A stretch of DNA of 64,000 nt from an uncultured Gemmatimonadales bacterium. Its GTDB lineage: Bacteria > Gemmatimonadota > Gemmatimonadetes > Longimicrobiales > RSA9. The DNA is taken from the NCBI GenBank assembly GCA_963708135.1, contig OY970192.1, positions 4,064,001 to 4,128,000 of the forward strand. The letters run 5' to 3'. The notes beneath the pieces were generated by a model. That model made no database searches. It was not told the origin of the DNA and was given only the letters and a program-made list of their open reading frames with translations. The first letter of the stretch is position 1. Each line of letters opens with the position of its first letter. Below are positions 18,980 through 30,106 of this stretch, piece after piece. The position numbers and the translations under genes are program-made.

Positions 18980-20128
18980 TCAACCGGCTCGACAGAAGCG
19001 CTCGGCGGCCGCCACGAGAACGCGCGCGTTCTCGACGACGGAAGCCACATCGACCCACTCCACGGCCGCGTGGGCGCCCTCGCCCGCCGCGCCAATGTTC
19101 ACGGCCGGGATGCCGGCGCCGGCGAACACCGCGGCATCCATCCAGTAGGCGACGCCGACCTCGCCGGGTTCCCGGCCCGTCACCTCCGTCGCGGCCTCGC
19201 GGACGGCGGCGGCGAGCGGGTGCGCGCGGTCGCACTCGAGCGGCTCCCGGCTGAAGATGCGCCGGGCCGCCGCCTCTTCCCCCGCCGCGCGGACGACGGC
19301 CTCGACCTCCGCCTGGACCGCCTCCGGCGTCTCCCCGGGGAGCGTGCGCCGCTCGACGCGAAGCGTGCAGGACTCGGCGTAGGTCGAAAGGCCGCTGCCG
19401 CCCTCGACGGCCGCGGAGTGCATCGAGGCGGGGCCGACGAGCGGGTGGGTGCGGGCGCGCAGCGTCTCGCGATCGAAGGCATCGAGCGCCGCGATGATCT
19501 TGCCCATGCGCGCCACCGCGCTCACGCCCACGTCCCAGCGGCTGCCGTGCGCCGCGGTCCCGCGCGTCTCGAGCTCGAGCCAGACGAAGCCCTTGTGCGC
19601 CAGCACGAGCTCCCCCGCGCTCGGCTCCGTGACGATGCAGCCGTCCGCGTCCGGGTGCCGGCGGACGAAGTCGTCCGCGCCGATGCTGGCGTACTCCTCG
19701 TCGCAGACCAGGGCGACGAGGACCGTCCCGTCGAGCTCGCCCTCCTGGAGCGCGGCGGCGGCGGCGAGGATCGCGGCTACGCCGCCCTTCATGTCATAGG
19801 CGCCCCGGCCGTAGAGGCGGTCGCCCTCGACGCGCGGCTCGAACGGCGCGGTCGTCATGCCGCGCGCGGAGACAGTGTCGAGGTGTGCGCACAGCGCCAG
19901 CGTCCGCCCCCCTCCACCGCCGACGCGCGCCACCGCGTTCGGCCGTCCGGGCGCCGCCTCCTCCAGCCACGCCTCGACCCCGCGGGCCGCCAGCCAGTCG
20001 CGCGCGAACGCGGCGATCTCCGCCTCGCCGCCCGGCTCGTCGGGGGCGAGCGTCGGGTTCACCGACGGGATGCGGACGAGGTCGCCGAGCAGGGCCTCGA
20101 TCTCGGCACGGGAGAGGGGATCGCTCAT
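18980..20128 (-). CDS. M20 ArgE/DapE family deacylase
   Basis: LVRIPSVNP, AHLDTV, GRGAYDMKGG, DEE, TEPS, AHGS, GAHAAVE. Confidence 0.9.
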   Translation of the reverse strand: MSDPLSRAEIEALLGDLVRIPSVNPTLAPDEPGGEAEIAAFARDWLAARGVEAWLEEAAPGRPNAVARVGGGGGRTLALCAHLDTVSARGMTTAPFEPRVEGDRLYGRGAYDMKGGVAAILAAAAALQEGELDGTVLVALVCDEEYASIGADDFVRRHPDADGCIVTEPSAGELVLAHKGFVWLELETRGTAAHGSRWDVGVSAVARMGKIIAALDAFDRETLRARTHPLVGPASMHSAAVEGGSGLSTYAESCTLRVERRTLPGETPEAVQAEVEAVVRAAGEEAAARRIFSREPLECDRAHPLAAAVREAATEVTGREPGEVGVAYWMDAAVFAGAGIPAVNIGAAGEGAHAAVEWVDVASVVENARVLVAAAERFCRAG

Positions 20129-20315
20129 GCGGTGCACCCAGACTGGGGATGGGACCGGCGCCGGGGCATGGGCATGGCCGGCGGCGAGCCGGCGCCAAGA
20201 TATGGGCGCGCGGCTCACAGCGCGAGCACCAGCGCGCCCCTGGAGGCGCTGGAGGAGATGAGCGCGCACGAGGCGGCGAAGATGCCCACGCGCACGGGGT
20301 GCCGGACCCGCTAGA

Positions 20316-22395
20316 CTAGACCAGCTCCGGCTCGAGCTGGTGAACGGGCGTGCCGGGCGTCCAGGCGGTGATGCGTCCGGCAATGGCGCTGGCGGCCACG
20401 GTGTAGGGCGAGGCCAGGTAGAGCTGGCCTGGCCCGGAGCGGCCCGGGAAGTTCCGGTTCTGCGAGCTGATGGTCACCTCGTCCGCCGTCCGGCTCGTGC
20501 CCGGGCCGGCGGCAATGCAGGCGCCGCAGCCCGGCTCGATGAACTCCGCGCCGATCTCGTCGAACAGGTCGAGGTATCCCTTCTTCTCGCAGTACTGCCG
20601 GACTTCCTGGGAGCCGCACTGGATGTAGAGCCGCACGTCCGCGTGCACGCGCTGGCCGGCCTCGCGCGCCTCCGCGAAGACGGCCGCGTACATGTCCATG
20701 TCCTCCTTCTTCCCGGCCGTGCAGGAGCCGGCGTAGGCGGCGTCGATGCGGATCGGCTCGTCGGAGAGCTCATCGATGTAGAGCCCGTTCCCGGGATCGC
20801 CGGGGAGCGCGACCATCGGCCGCAGCGCGGAGGCGTCGATCTCGATGAGCTTGACGTAGTCGGCATCCGGATCGGAGGCGAGGCCCTCGACGAGCGCCTC
20901 GGCGCGGGCCCGCTCCATCCCGCGCTCCGCGACGAGGTAGTCCACGGCTTTCGCGTCGGGCGCCACGATCCCGGTGAACGCACCCACCTCGGCGGCCATG
21001 TTCGTCATGGTGGCGCGCTCGTCCACGGACAGCGCCTCCACCGCCTCGCCCGCGTACTCGATGATCTGGCCGATCGCGCGGCCGTCCCGGATGTAGGGGT
21101 GGCGCAGGATCTCGAGCATGAAATCCTTGGCCGTGACGTTGACCGGCTTCCGGCCGCGCACCAGGACCTTGAAGGACGGCGGCACCGAGACGCGCACGTC
21201 CTTCGTGATCCAGGAGTTGAAGATCGCAGTGGTGCCGATGCCGAAGGCGACGGCGCCGATCGCGCCCGAGTGCGGCGTGTGGGAGTCCGTCCCCACGATG
21301 AGCTGGCCGGGCTCCGCGTAGGTCTCGAGCATCTTCGAGTGGCATATGGCCTCGGAGCCCAGGCGCAGGCCGAGACGCTCGCCGTAGTAGATGACGCCCT
21401 GCTTCTTCGCGAACTCCTCCTGCTTGTCCTTCAGCTGCCGCGCCACGTCCAGCAGCCCCATCTGTACCCTTTCCTGCGGCATCACCTCGTGCAGGTAAGT
21501 CGAGATGGTCGCGGAACATGATGACGGTCGAAGGATCCGTGACGCGGGCATCGGCGCCGACCTTGTGCTCGAAGAAGATCGCGGCCATCGGGCTCACGTA
21601 CTCGTGGCTGAAGCGCCAGTCCGTCTTCACGAAGCCGCTGTCGCCGGCCCGCACCCACGGCACGCCGAACTCGCCCTTCGCCGCGTCCACGACCCAGTGC
21701 CGGGCGAAGATCTTCTCCGCGATCGTCATCGGCCGGCGCGAAGCGGGCGGCGCCGCGCCCGAGGCCGCCCCCTGCGACTCGATGCGCGGCAGCGAGACCT
21801 TCCCCTGGAGCCGCGCCACGTTGTACTCGAACAGGCCGCCGTACTCGATGATCTCGCGCGTGATCGGGTCCATGCCGGCGGTGAACACCTCGAGCGGGAT
21901 CTGCTCGCCGTCCCGGATCCGGTCGATCAGCGAGAAGTCGGTCGAGGTCAGCACGCCGAGGTTCTGGCAGTTCTCGTTGTAGATGCGCTCGATGTTCTCC
22001 GCGATCACGACGCGGATGCCGGCCATGAGCTCCGCGTACGGCGACTGCTCGCGGGAGCTGCCCTTGCCGCGCCGCTTCCCGCTCACCGAGCAAACGAAGC
22101 CGCCCTTCCTCACGCTGCCGCGCGTGACCGGGAACTCACCGCCGGCCTTGAGGCCGAGGTAGGGGAAGTCCCCGAGGGTCTCGTCGAAGTAGTAGCAGAT
22201 GTAGGCGGGCGTGATCTCGTCGGTCGAGATCTGGTCGCGCAGCCCGGCGCCGAGCGCGGTCTCGAGGTCGATGTCCTCGCCCTCGAGCTGCCGCCGCATG
22301 AGATCGGCGTCATCCACCAGGAAAAGAATACGGCCATTGAAGCGGAGCAGCGGCGCGCGCTTCTCCACGGCCAGGTGCAGCAGGTCTTCACGCAT
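20316..22395 (-). CDS. Aconitase-family dehydratase, single-chain swivel (LeuD-like) plus LeuC-like fusion; one extra base at ~21501
   Basis: ISTDEITP and GKGSSRE (swivel); FRDHL|TYL at the frameshift; GTDSHT; GSCTAG and PGCGAC Fe-S ligands; SSQNRNFPGR. Span is 2080 nt = 3n+1. Confidence 0.85.
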
Positions 22396-22564
22396 GCGGG
22401 CGACCCCCGGGCATGGCGGTTCGACGGGTTCCGACAAGTGGTACCGGAAAGGGCGTAAAGTGTGCCGCGGCGCAACTCGCCGGCAAGTGGGCAGCCGTCC
22501 AGAGCGCACCTGGCCCGCGAAGCCCGAACCCCGAGCCCCGAACCCCGGGGCGGGCCGGGCGAGG

Positions 22565-22957
22565 CTACGGCTTCAGCCCGTCGAGGAACCAGCGCGCCCG
22601 GACGCCGTCGGCGTCGGTGCCATTGCCGGAGATCTCGGCCATGATCTCGGTGGCGCGCTCGTGCCAGCCGAAGAAGAACGCCTGGACGCGCGGGTCCTGC
22701 AGCCCGAGGGCCTCGCCGCACGTCCGGCGCCACTGCTCGAGAAGCGGGCCGTCGATCACGCCGGATTCCGCCGCGGGGGCGACGACGTGGCGGAGGTACT
22801 CGGCGGGCGGCGGCGCCTCGAGCGTCTCGAGCGTGAGGGCGCAGTCGGCCGCGCTCCGGCCGGCCTCGCGTCCGACGATGAGGGCGCTGGCGCGCTGCGG
22901 GAGGGTGAGCCTGTCGTAGGCGGATGAGAGCAGGAGCAGGCGCTGCGGTTGATCCAT
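22565..22957 (-). CDS. Hypothetical protein (130 aa)
   Basis: Protein-like ORF MDQPQRLLLLSSAYDRL.. with GC3 bias; no recognisable motif. Confidence 0.6.
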   Translation of the reverse strand: MDQPQRLLLLSSAYDRLTLPQRASALIVGREAGRSAADCALTLETLEAPPPAEYLRHVVAPAAESGVIDGPLLEQWRRTCGEALGLQDPRVQAFFFGWHERATEIMAEISGNGTDADGVRARWFLDGLKP

Positions 22958-23131
22958 AGGCGGCGTAAGTATGGGCATTGGCCCGCGGGAGCCGCAAGAA
23001 ACCGCCGGCGGAACGAGCTCGCGCATGGGGGCACGGGACACACCGGGGCACGCGACGGTTGCCCCGGCGGCCGCGGATTCGGTATCGTGGAGCTTCCTTC
23101 CGCCGCATCCAGCCACAACCAGCGAGGGCTC

Positions 23132-25175
23132 ATGCGCACAACCCGTATTCTCCCGGGCATCCTGCTGCTCGCCGTGGCGGCGCCGCCGGCGCGCGCGCAG
23201 CAGCCGGCGTCGGACCGGCTGCAGCTCGAGCAGTACCTGGACATGGAGGACGTCGGCCAGCCGCAGCTCTCACCCGATGGCCGGCAGATCGTCTATACCC
23301 GGCGGTGGGTGGACAAGAATGCACGACCGTCACGAGTCGGCGCTGTGGATCGTGGACGCGAACGGCGGCCGGAACCGCTTCCTCGTAGACGGGCGGGATG
23401 CGCAGTGGTCGCCGGACGGCCGCCGGATCGCGTACCTGGCGGAGGGCGACCCCAGAGGAGCGCAGATCTTCGTGCGCTGGATGGATGCGACGGGCGCGGT
23501 CACGCAGGTCACGCGGCTGACCGAGACGCCCGGCGACCTCACGTGGGCGCCGGATGGCCGGAGCATCGCGTTCCGGATGCTCGTGCCGGAGAAGAACGGC
23601 TGGAAGGCGGAGGCGAAGGTGGCGGGGATGCGGCCGGCGGGTGCGAAGTGGACGGAGGCGCCGCGGGTCGTGGACCGGCTCCACTACCGACAGGACCGGG
23701 TCGGCTACCTCGAGGATGGCTATCGTCACATCTTCACGGTCTCGGCGGACGGCGGCACCCCGCATCAGGTGACCGACGGCCCGTACGAGGATGGCGCGCC
23801 GGCGTGGGCGCCGACCGGCCGCTCGATCTATTTTTCCGGGCTGCGCGAGCCGGATGCGGAGTACGCGTGGCGTGAGTCGGAGGTCTACGCGGTGGACGCG
23901 GCGGGCGGGCAGGTGCGGCAGCTGACGCGGCACCCGGGGCCGGACAACGGGCCGGTGGCGAGCCCGGACGGCCGCCTCGTCGCCTTCACGGGGTTCGACA
24001 AGACGGACGACACCTGGCGCGACGCAGACCTCTACGTGATGGCCGCCGACGGCTCTGCGCGCCGCACGCTGACCACCGGCTTCGACCGCACGCCGCGCGA
24101 CGTGCGCTGGGCGCCGGACGGGAGCGGGCTCTACTTCAACGTGGATGAGGCGGGCTCCCGGAACCTGTACTTCGTGGCGCTCAAGGGCGGAGCGCCGAGG
24201 GCCGTCACGAAGGGCGCGCACATCCTGGGCGTCACCGACCTCGGCCGGACAATGGCGGTCGGGACGGAGTCCTCGCCGCAGATGCCGGGACGCATGGTCG
24301 AGGTGGACCTGCGGTCCGGCGCGGTCACGCCGCTGGTGGATGTGAACGCCGACATCCTGGCGGGCAAGGATCTCGGCTCGCTCGAGGAGATCCGCTATCC
24401 GTCCGAGGACGGCATGAAGATCCAGGGCTGGATCCTCAAGCCGCCGCACTTCGATCCGCAGCGCAAGTACCCACTGCTGCTCTCCATCCACGGCGGCCCG
24501 CACGGGATGTACGGCGTCGGCTTCAATTTCGGCTGGCAGGAGTGGGCGGCCAACGACTATGTCGTGGTCTACTTCAACCCGCGCGGCAGCACCGGCTACG
24601 GCAGCGCGTTCGGCAACGCAATCAAGAACGCATACCCGGGCAAGGATTTCGATGACCTGATGACCGGCGTCAACTCGGTCGTGGCGCGCGGCTACATCGA
24701 CACGCGCGACATGTTCGTCTACGGCTGCAGCGGCGGGGGCGTGCTGACGGCGTGGACCGTCGGGCACACGGACCGCTTCGCGGCGGCCGCTTCGCTGTGC
24801 CCGGTCATCGACTGGATCAGCTTCGTCGGCGTGACGGACGGCCCCGGGTGGTACTACAACTTCAAGAAGCTGCCGTGGGAGGACCCGAGCGAGCACCTGC
24901 GCCGCTCGCCGCTCATGTACGCCGGCAACGTGAAGACTCCGACCATGCTCATGACGGGCGTGCTCGACCTGCGCACGCCGATTCCGCAGACCGAGGAGTT
25001 CTACCGCGCGCTCAAGCTGCGCAAGGTGCCCACGGCCATGGTGCGGATGAACGGCGAGTACCACGGCACTACGTCGAAGCCCTCGAACTTCCTGCGCACT
25101 CAGCTCTACCTGCGCAGCTGGTTCGAGCAGTGGGCGGGGAGCAAGCGGGTGGCGCGGGCGACGGACGGAAAGTAG
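23132..25175 (+). CDS. Exported S9 peptidase (acylaminoacyl/dipeptidyl peptidase, PD40 propeller); one extra A at ~23318
   Basis: Signal peptide MRTTRILPGILLLAVAAPPARA, SPDG repeats, IHGGPH, GCSGGG, DLRTP, EYHG triad. Span is 2044 nt = 3n+1. Confidence 0.87.
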
Positions 25176-25301
25176 CGGAGCTGCGGGCGCCCGCCCTGTC
25201 CCCTCCACCCGACACGGGGGACGCGGGGCGACACCGAGCGACGTGACGGCGCGGCCGCGGGCGCCGGGCGACTCATGGCCCGGCGTTCGACCGCGCGACC
25301 G

Positions 25302-26273
25302 CTACCGCAGCCGCAGCTCGACCACGACCGGCCGGTGGTCCGACGCCTCCGTATCGGGCACGGCGGCGGAATCCACCTCGAACGGCCCCCTGACGAGCAC
25401 GTAGTCGATCCGCTCGCGAGGCGCCTCGGCCGGATACGTGAAACCGGGAGGCGACGCGCCCGGCGCGCTCGCCCGGCCGGCGGCGGCGGCCGCGGACCAG
25501 GCGTCGCCGAGCGTGGCGAGGAGGGGGTGGAGCTCGGCGGCGTCCGGCGTCGCATTCAGGTCCCCCACGAGGATCAGTGGACCGCCGCTCCGGCGAAGCA
25601 CTCGAAGCATCTCCGCCACCTGAGTCCGGCGCACGGCGGGATCGCGGCGGTAGTCCAGGTGCGTGGCGAGGAATCGGACGCCGCGGCCGCCGACATCCAC
25701 CGTGACCTCGGGGAAGCCGGGGGCCGGGGCGGGCACCGGATGTAGCGTCTGCGTGGACAGCCGGGTGAGCGGGTGGTTCACGGCGGCGCGGATCCGGCAG
25801 CGGGCGAGGATGGCCAGGCCGAAGCGCCGCCGCGGACTGCCGGCCGCCGGCGGAGGCAGGTCGTAGATCGGCGCAAAGAAGACGCCCATGCCGAGCGAGT
25901 CGGCGAGCGCAGCGGCCTGGTCCACCCAGCCGCTGCGCGCGCCGAAGTGGACATCCACCTCCTCGAGGCCCACCAGGTCGGGCGAGGCCGCGCGGCTGGC
26001 CGCCACGACGCCGGCCAGCCCGAACCGGCCCGCGGCGATGTTGTAGGTCAGGACACGGAGCGCCGTGCCGCCGCCGGGGGCGGGCCGGCCGCAGGACGCG
26101 GGCAGTGGGGGCGTGGCCGGGCCGCGGAAGCCGGGCACGCGCGAGGACGCGGCTGTGGGTGCGGAGGACCGCGGGCCCGGCGAGTGGGCGCAGGCGCCCA
26201 GCAGCAGGGCGGCGAGCGCGCCGCATGTGAGGGCCGTCTCCGCGCGGGCGGCGGAGTAGCGCGGTGCGCTCAC
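25302..26273 (-). CDS. Endonuclease/exonuclease/phosphatase family lipoprotein
   Basis: Lipobox LLGAC; LTYNI, GLEEVD, THL, GDLN, RIDYV, SDH; start uncertain. Confidence 0.85.
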   Translation of the reverse strand: MSAPRYSAARAETALTCGALAALLLGACAHSPGPRSSAPTAASSRVPGFRGPATPPLPASCGRPAPGGGTALRVLTYNIAAGRFGLAGVVAASRAASPDLVGLEEVDVHFGARSGWVDQAAALADSLGMGVFFAPIYDLPPPAAGSPRRRFGLAILARCRIRAAVNHPLTRLSTQTLHPVPAPAPGFPEVTVDVGGRGVRFLATHLDYRRDPAVRRTQVAEMLRVLRRSGGPLILVGDLNATPDAAELHPLLATLGDAWSAAAAAGRASAPGASPPGFTYPAEAPRERIDYVLVRGPFEVDSAAVPDTEASDHRPVVVELRLR

Positions 26274-26310
26274 CCGCTCGCCACCGTTCGTTTCCCGCCG
26301 TCCGCGCATG

Positions 26311-27636
26311 CTACAGCAGCACGCCGCGCAGGAGCAGGCTGGCCACGGTGAAGTAGATGATCAGCCCAACCACGTCCACGAGGGTGGCGACGAAAGGAGC
26401 GGACGCGCTGGCGGGGTCGAAGCCGACCCGTCGCAGAAGGAAAGGCAGCATGGAACCGGCGATGGTGCCCCAGGTGACCACGCCGACAAGGCTGGCTGCG
26501 ATGGTGAGGGCAATGAGCAGGTAATGCACGCCGTACACGTTGCCGATGGCCTGCCACGCCAGGATGCGCAGGAAGCCGATGATGGCGAGGGCCACGCCGA
26601 GCACGACGCCAGCGGCCAGCTCACGGCGGATCACGCGGAACCAGTCGCGCAGCCGCACCTCGCCCACGGCCATGGCACGCACCACGAGGGTGGAGGCCTG
26701 GGAGCCGGAGTTGCCGCCGCTCGAGATGATGAGCGGCATGAAGAGCGAGAGGACGAGCGCCTTGCCGATCTCCGTCTGATAGAAGCCGAGCGCTGTGGCC
26801 GTGAACATCTCGCCGACGAAGAGGATCGAGAGCCAGCCGGCGCGCTTCCGGACCATCTTGAAGAAGCCGATGTCGAGGTAGGGCGCGTCGAGCGCCTCCA
26901 TGCCGCCGTACTTCTGGACGTCCTCGGTGGCCTCCTCGCGGACGACGTCCACGATGTCGTCGACGGTCACGATGCCCTTCATGTGGCCGTCGGCGTCGAT
27001 GACCGGGATGGCGACGAGGTCGTGCTCCGCGAACAGGTCGGCGAGCGCCTCCTGGTCCATCTCCTCGTGCGCGGCGACGAGGTCGGTGTCCATGATCTCG
27101 CGCACGGGGACGCGCGGCGGCGCGGCGAAGAGCTGGCGCAGCGAGACGACGCCGACCAGGCGCTGCTGCGGGTCCAGCACGTAGGCGTAGTAGAGGGTCT
27201 CGACGGCGGCGGTGGCGGAGACGGCCTGACGGCGGAGATAGCTGATGGCCTCGTCGACGCTCATGTCGGCCCGCACGCGCGCGAAACGCGGGTTCATGAG
27301 GCCGCCGGCGTCGTCCTCCTCGTAGGCGAGGAGGGCGGTGACCTCCTTGCGGGTGGCGGGATCGAGGAGCTCGAGCAGCTCCTGGCGGCGGTCCTCGTCC
27401 GCGGCCTGGATGACATCCGCCACGTCGTCGGGGGCGAGGAGGCGGATCCAGAGGCGGCGCTGTCCGCGCGAGAACGCCTCCAGCAGCTCGGCCTGCTCGC
27501 GGGCGGGCAGCGCGAAGAAGAACTCCTCGGCCTCCTCGGCATCGAGGAGCATGAAGCCCTCGACGCGCTCCGCCGTGGACAGGAGCGACCAGGTCTCCTC
27601 CAGCTCCTCCGGGTCCAGCTCGCGGTGCTCGATCAT
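26311..27636 (-). CDS. mgtE: Magnesium transporter MgtE
   Basis: AGGLM, CBS pair, SSGGNSGSQ, DPASASAPFVATLVDVVG. Confidence 0.94.
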   Translation of the reverse strand: MIEHRELDPEELEETWSLLSTAERVEGFMLLDAEEAEEFFFALPAREQAELLEAFSRGQRRLWIRLLAPDDVADVIQAADEDRRQELLELLDPATRKEVTALLAYEEDDAGGLMNPRFARVRADMSVDEAISYLRRQAVSATAAVETLYYAYVLDPQQRLVGVVSLRQLFAAPPRVPVREIMDTDLVAAHEEMDQEALADLFAEHDLVAIPVIDADGHMKGIVTVDDIVDVVREEATEDVQKYGGMEALDAPYLDIGFFKMVRKRAGWLSILFVGEMFTATALGFYQTEIGKALVLSLFMPLIISSGGNSGSQASTLVVRAMAVGEVRLRDWFRVIRRELAAGVVLGVALAIIGFLRILAWQAIGNVYGVHYLLIALTIAASLVGVVTWGTIAGSMLPFLLRRVGFDPASASAPFVATLVDVVGLIIYFTVASLLLRGVLL

Positions 27637-27677
27637 AGGCGGATCCACTGCGTTCGGGGTGCGTCCGCTCGGTCGTC

Positions 27678-28094
27678 TCAGTCGGTCGTGCCGCCGGCTC
27701 CTTCCTCCGCCTCCAGGCCGTCGACCCTGTGCTGCCACCGCTCGTCCTCCGGGAGGTCGTGCGGCCTGTACATGATCACCTGCGCCCGCTCGAGGGTGAT
27801 GAGCCCGCCGTCGATCATCCGGTCCAGCTCGGGGAGCAGCGCGCGGATGCGCTCCTCCTCCTCGACCACCTCGACCACGATCGGCTGGTCGAGGGACAGG
27901 CGCAGGATCTTCTCCGTGTGTAATCGGGCGTGCGCGCCGAAGCCGCCGATGCCGCGCAGCACGGTGGCGCCCGCAAACCCACGCGCGCGGAAGAGGCGGA
28001 CCAGCTCCTCGTGGAGCGGCTTGCCCTCCCACTTGTCGCGCTCGCCGATGAAGACGCGCATCAGCGTCCGCTCTCCGATGAAACGGTGCGGCAT
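27678..28094 (-). CDS. DUF190 (PII-like) protein
   Basis: MRVFIGE.DKW.GKPL, GATVLRGI.GFG, LS.DQPIVVEVV; follows crcB. Confidence 0.88.
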   Translation of the reverse strand: MPHRFIGERTLMRVFIGERDKWEGKPLHEELVRLFRARGFAGATVLRGIGGFGAHARLHTEKILRLSLDQPIVVEVVEEEERIRALLPELDRMIDGGLITLERAQVIMYRPHDLPEDERWQHRVDGLEAEEGAGGTTD

Positions 28095-28095
28095 G

Positions 28096-28479
28096 TCAGC
28101 GCCTCCCCTGCAATGCCACGACGGCCAGGGCGAAACCGGCGAAGGTGGCCACCAGGCCCACACCCACGCTCGCGGCCAGGTAGCCCGCCGCGCGCGCCCA
28201 CTCGCCGTCGCGCAGCAGCATCGCCGTGTCGTAGCTGAACGTGCTGAACGTCGTGAACGCGCCGAAGAAGCCGATCGCGACGAACGCGCGCAGCTCCGCG
28301 CCGACGTCCACCGCGCTCATATAGCGCAGCGCGATGCCGAGCCCGAGGCAGCCGGCCACGTTGACGAGCAGCGTGCCCCAGGGGAAGCCGCCGCCCGCCC
28401 AGCCGTGGACCCAGCCGCCCAGGCCGTAACGCGCGATTGCGCCGAGCGCGCCGCCGAGGGCAATGTACAAGAGCAACAT
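28096..28479 (-). CDS. crcB: Fluoride efflux channel CrcB/Fluc
   Basis: GGALGAIARY, FPWGTLLVN, GFFGAFTTFSTF. Confidence 0.95.
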   Translation of the reverse strand: MLLLYIALGGALGAIARYGLGGWVHGWAGGGFPWGTLLVNVAGCLGLGIALRYMSAVDVGAELRAFVAIGFFGAFTTFSTFSYDTAMLLRDGEWARAAGYLAASVGVGLVATFAGFALAVVALQGRR

Positions 28480-28607
28480 CGGCGGCAAGTCTACGGGAGC
28501 GGCGGTGGGCCGGGCAAGCCGCGCATCCTCCGGCCCTTTCCCACGCGACGCCGCCGTTCCCCGCGCCGCCGGCGCGCCGCCTGTCGCCCTCGCGGAGCCA
28601 GCATCGC

Positions 28608-29552
28608 TTGATTACGATTGCCACGGTCACGCCGAACCCATCGCTCGACCTGCTGTTCGAGGCCGGCGCGCTCGTCTGGGACGACGCCAACCGCCTCGAT
28701 CCGCCCCGCCGCCGCGCGGGCGGGCAGGGGATCAACGTGGTCCGTGCGGCGCGCTCTCTCGGAGGCCGCGCCGTCGCCGTGGCACCGCTCGGCGGCGGGA
28801 TCGGCGCGACCCTGGCCGCCATGCTCGAGGCGGAGGGCGTGCCGCTCCGCACCGTGCCGATCGCCGGGGAGACGCGGCTCTTCGTGGGCGTCCGCGAGAC
28901 CGGATCCGGCCGGAGCATGCTGCTCAACCCGCGCGGGGTCGGCCTCGCGCCGGAGGAGGTCGCCGCACTCCTCGCCGCGGTCGAGCGCTGCCTCGACGAG
29001 GATGCGCCCGCCTGGCTCGGCTGCTGCGGCTCCGTTCCTCCAGGTCCGCAGGCGACGCTCTACGCCGCCATCGGCCGGCGCGCCCGCGCCCGCGGGATCC
29101 GCTTCGTCCCCGACTGCGATGGCGAGGCGCTGCACCTGGCCGCCGAGGCCGGCTGCGACCTGCTCGTGCCCAACGAGCATGAAGCCGCACGGCTGCTCGG
29201 CGCCACCGTCGATGATCCCGCCTCCGCAGCGCGCGCGGCGCGCGCGCTGCTCCGCTACGGGCCGGCGCTCGCCGCCGTCACGCTCGGCGCGCGCGGTGCC
29301 GTTGCGGCCACGGCCGCCGGCGCCTGGCATGCCCGCCCACCCTCCATCCCCGCCGGCAGCGCCGTCGGCGCGGGCGACGCCTTTCTGGCCGCCCTGCTCC
29401 TCGCGCTCGACGCGGACGCCTCGACGCCCGATGCGCTGCGCTCCGCCGTCGCGGCGGGCTCGGCCGTCCTGCTGGCCCGCGGCGAGGCGATCCTCGACCC
29501 GGCGGTGGCGGAGCGGCTGAGCGGAGAAGTCGAGGTCTCCCGCATGGAGTGA
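28608..29552 (+). CDS. 1-phosphofructokinase-family hexose kinase (PfkB)
   Basis: TVTPNPSLD, GGQGINV, PNEHEA, TLGARGA, AVGAGDAF. Confidence 0.88.
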   Translation: MITIATVTPNPSLDLLFEAGALVWDDANRLDPPRRRAGGQGINVVRAARSLGGRAVAVAPLGGGIGATLAAMLEAEGVPLRTVPIAGETRLFVGVRETGSGRSMLLNPRGVGLAPEEVAALLAAVERCLDEDAPAWLGCCGSVPPGPQATLYAAIGRRARARGIRFVPDCDGEALHLAAEAGCDLLVPNEHEAARLLGATVDDPASAARAARALLRYGPALAAVTLGARGAVAATAAGAWHARPPSIPAGSAVGAGDAFLAALLLALDADASTPDALRSAVAAGSAVLLARGEAILDPAVAERLSGEVEVSRME

Positions 29553-29675
29553 GCGGGCGGACGGCCCGCAGGCCGGCATCGTGGCCGCCGGGGCGCTCCG
29601 GGGGCGGCCGCCGGTGGCTGCCGGCCGGCGCGGCCCGGGCGCGAGGCCCGGCCGCCCGGCGCGGCGGGCCCCGCG

Positions 29676-29870
29676 TTACGGCTGGCTGGTAGTCGTGTCC
29701 GGCACGACGTTCACGTCCGGCGTCACCACGGTCTGCGTGTCCGGCTGCACCTGCACGGCGCCGGGCTGCACCTGCACCTCGTCGCTGTTCGGGGTCTCCT
29801 TGTGGGTGACCTCGCACGCGGCCATGGCCATCACCGCGAGAGCCGCGGCTGCATAGGCGGAAATCCGCAT
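29676..29870 (-). CDS. Small lipoprotein (64 aa)
   Basis: RBS AGGAGA, lipobox MAAC, V/P/D/T-rich mature part. Confidence 0.7.
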   Translation of the reverse strand: MRISAYAAAALAVMAMAACEVTHKETPNSDEVQVQPGAVQVQPDTQTVVTPDVNVVPDTTTSQP

Positions 29871-30106
29871 TTTCTGTCTCTCCTGTGATAGGGTCCACTT
29901 CAACCTGTCGCCCGGCTCAAGGGCAAGATCCGGGCCGAGATGCGGGATCCGCAGCCGCTCCATGACCTGGCCTTGTGCGCGGCCGATTCCTGCGGAATTG
30001 GGAGCTCCGTCGGGAACAGTTGTGTAGGCGAGCGGCCGCGCGCTCCGCGCTGGATCCGGCCGATCCGGCCATTCCCGCGCCCCGCGGCCGGCGCGGAATT
30101 GGCGCC

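Noticed and set aside
28480..28607. Fluoride riboswitch upstream of crcB
   Set aside because: No GGCGAUG..UUCGCC-type consensus seen; the promoter appears leaderless.
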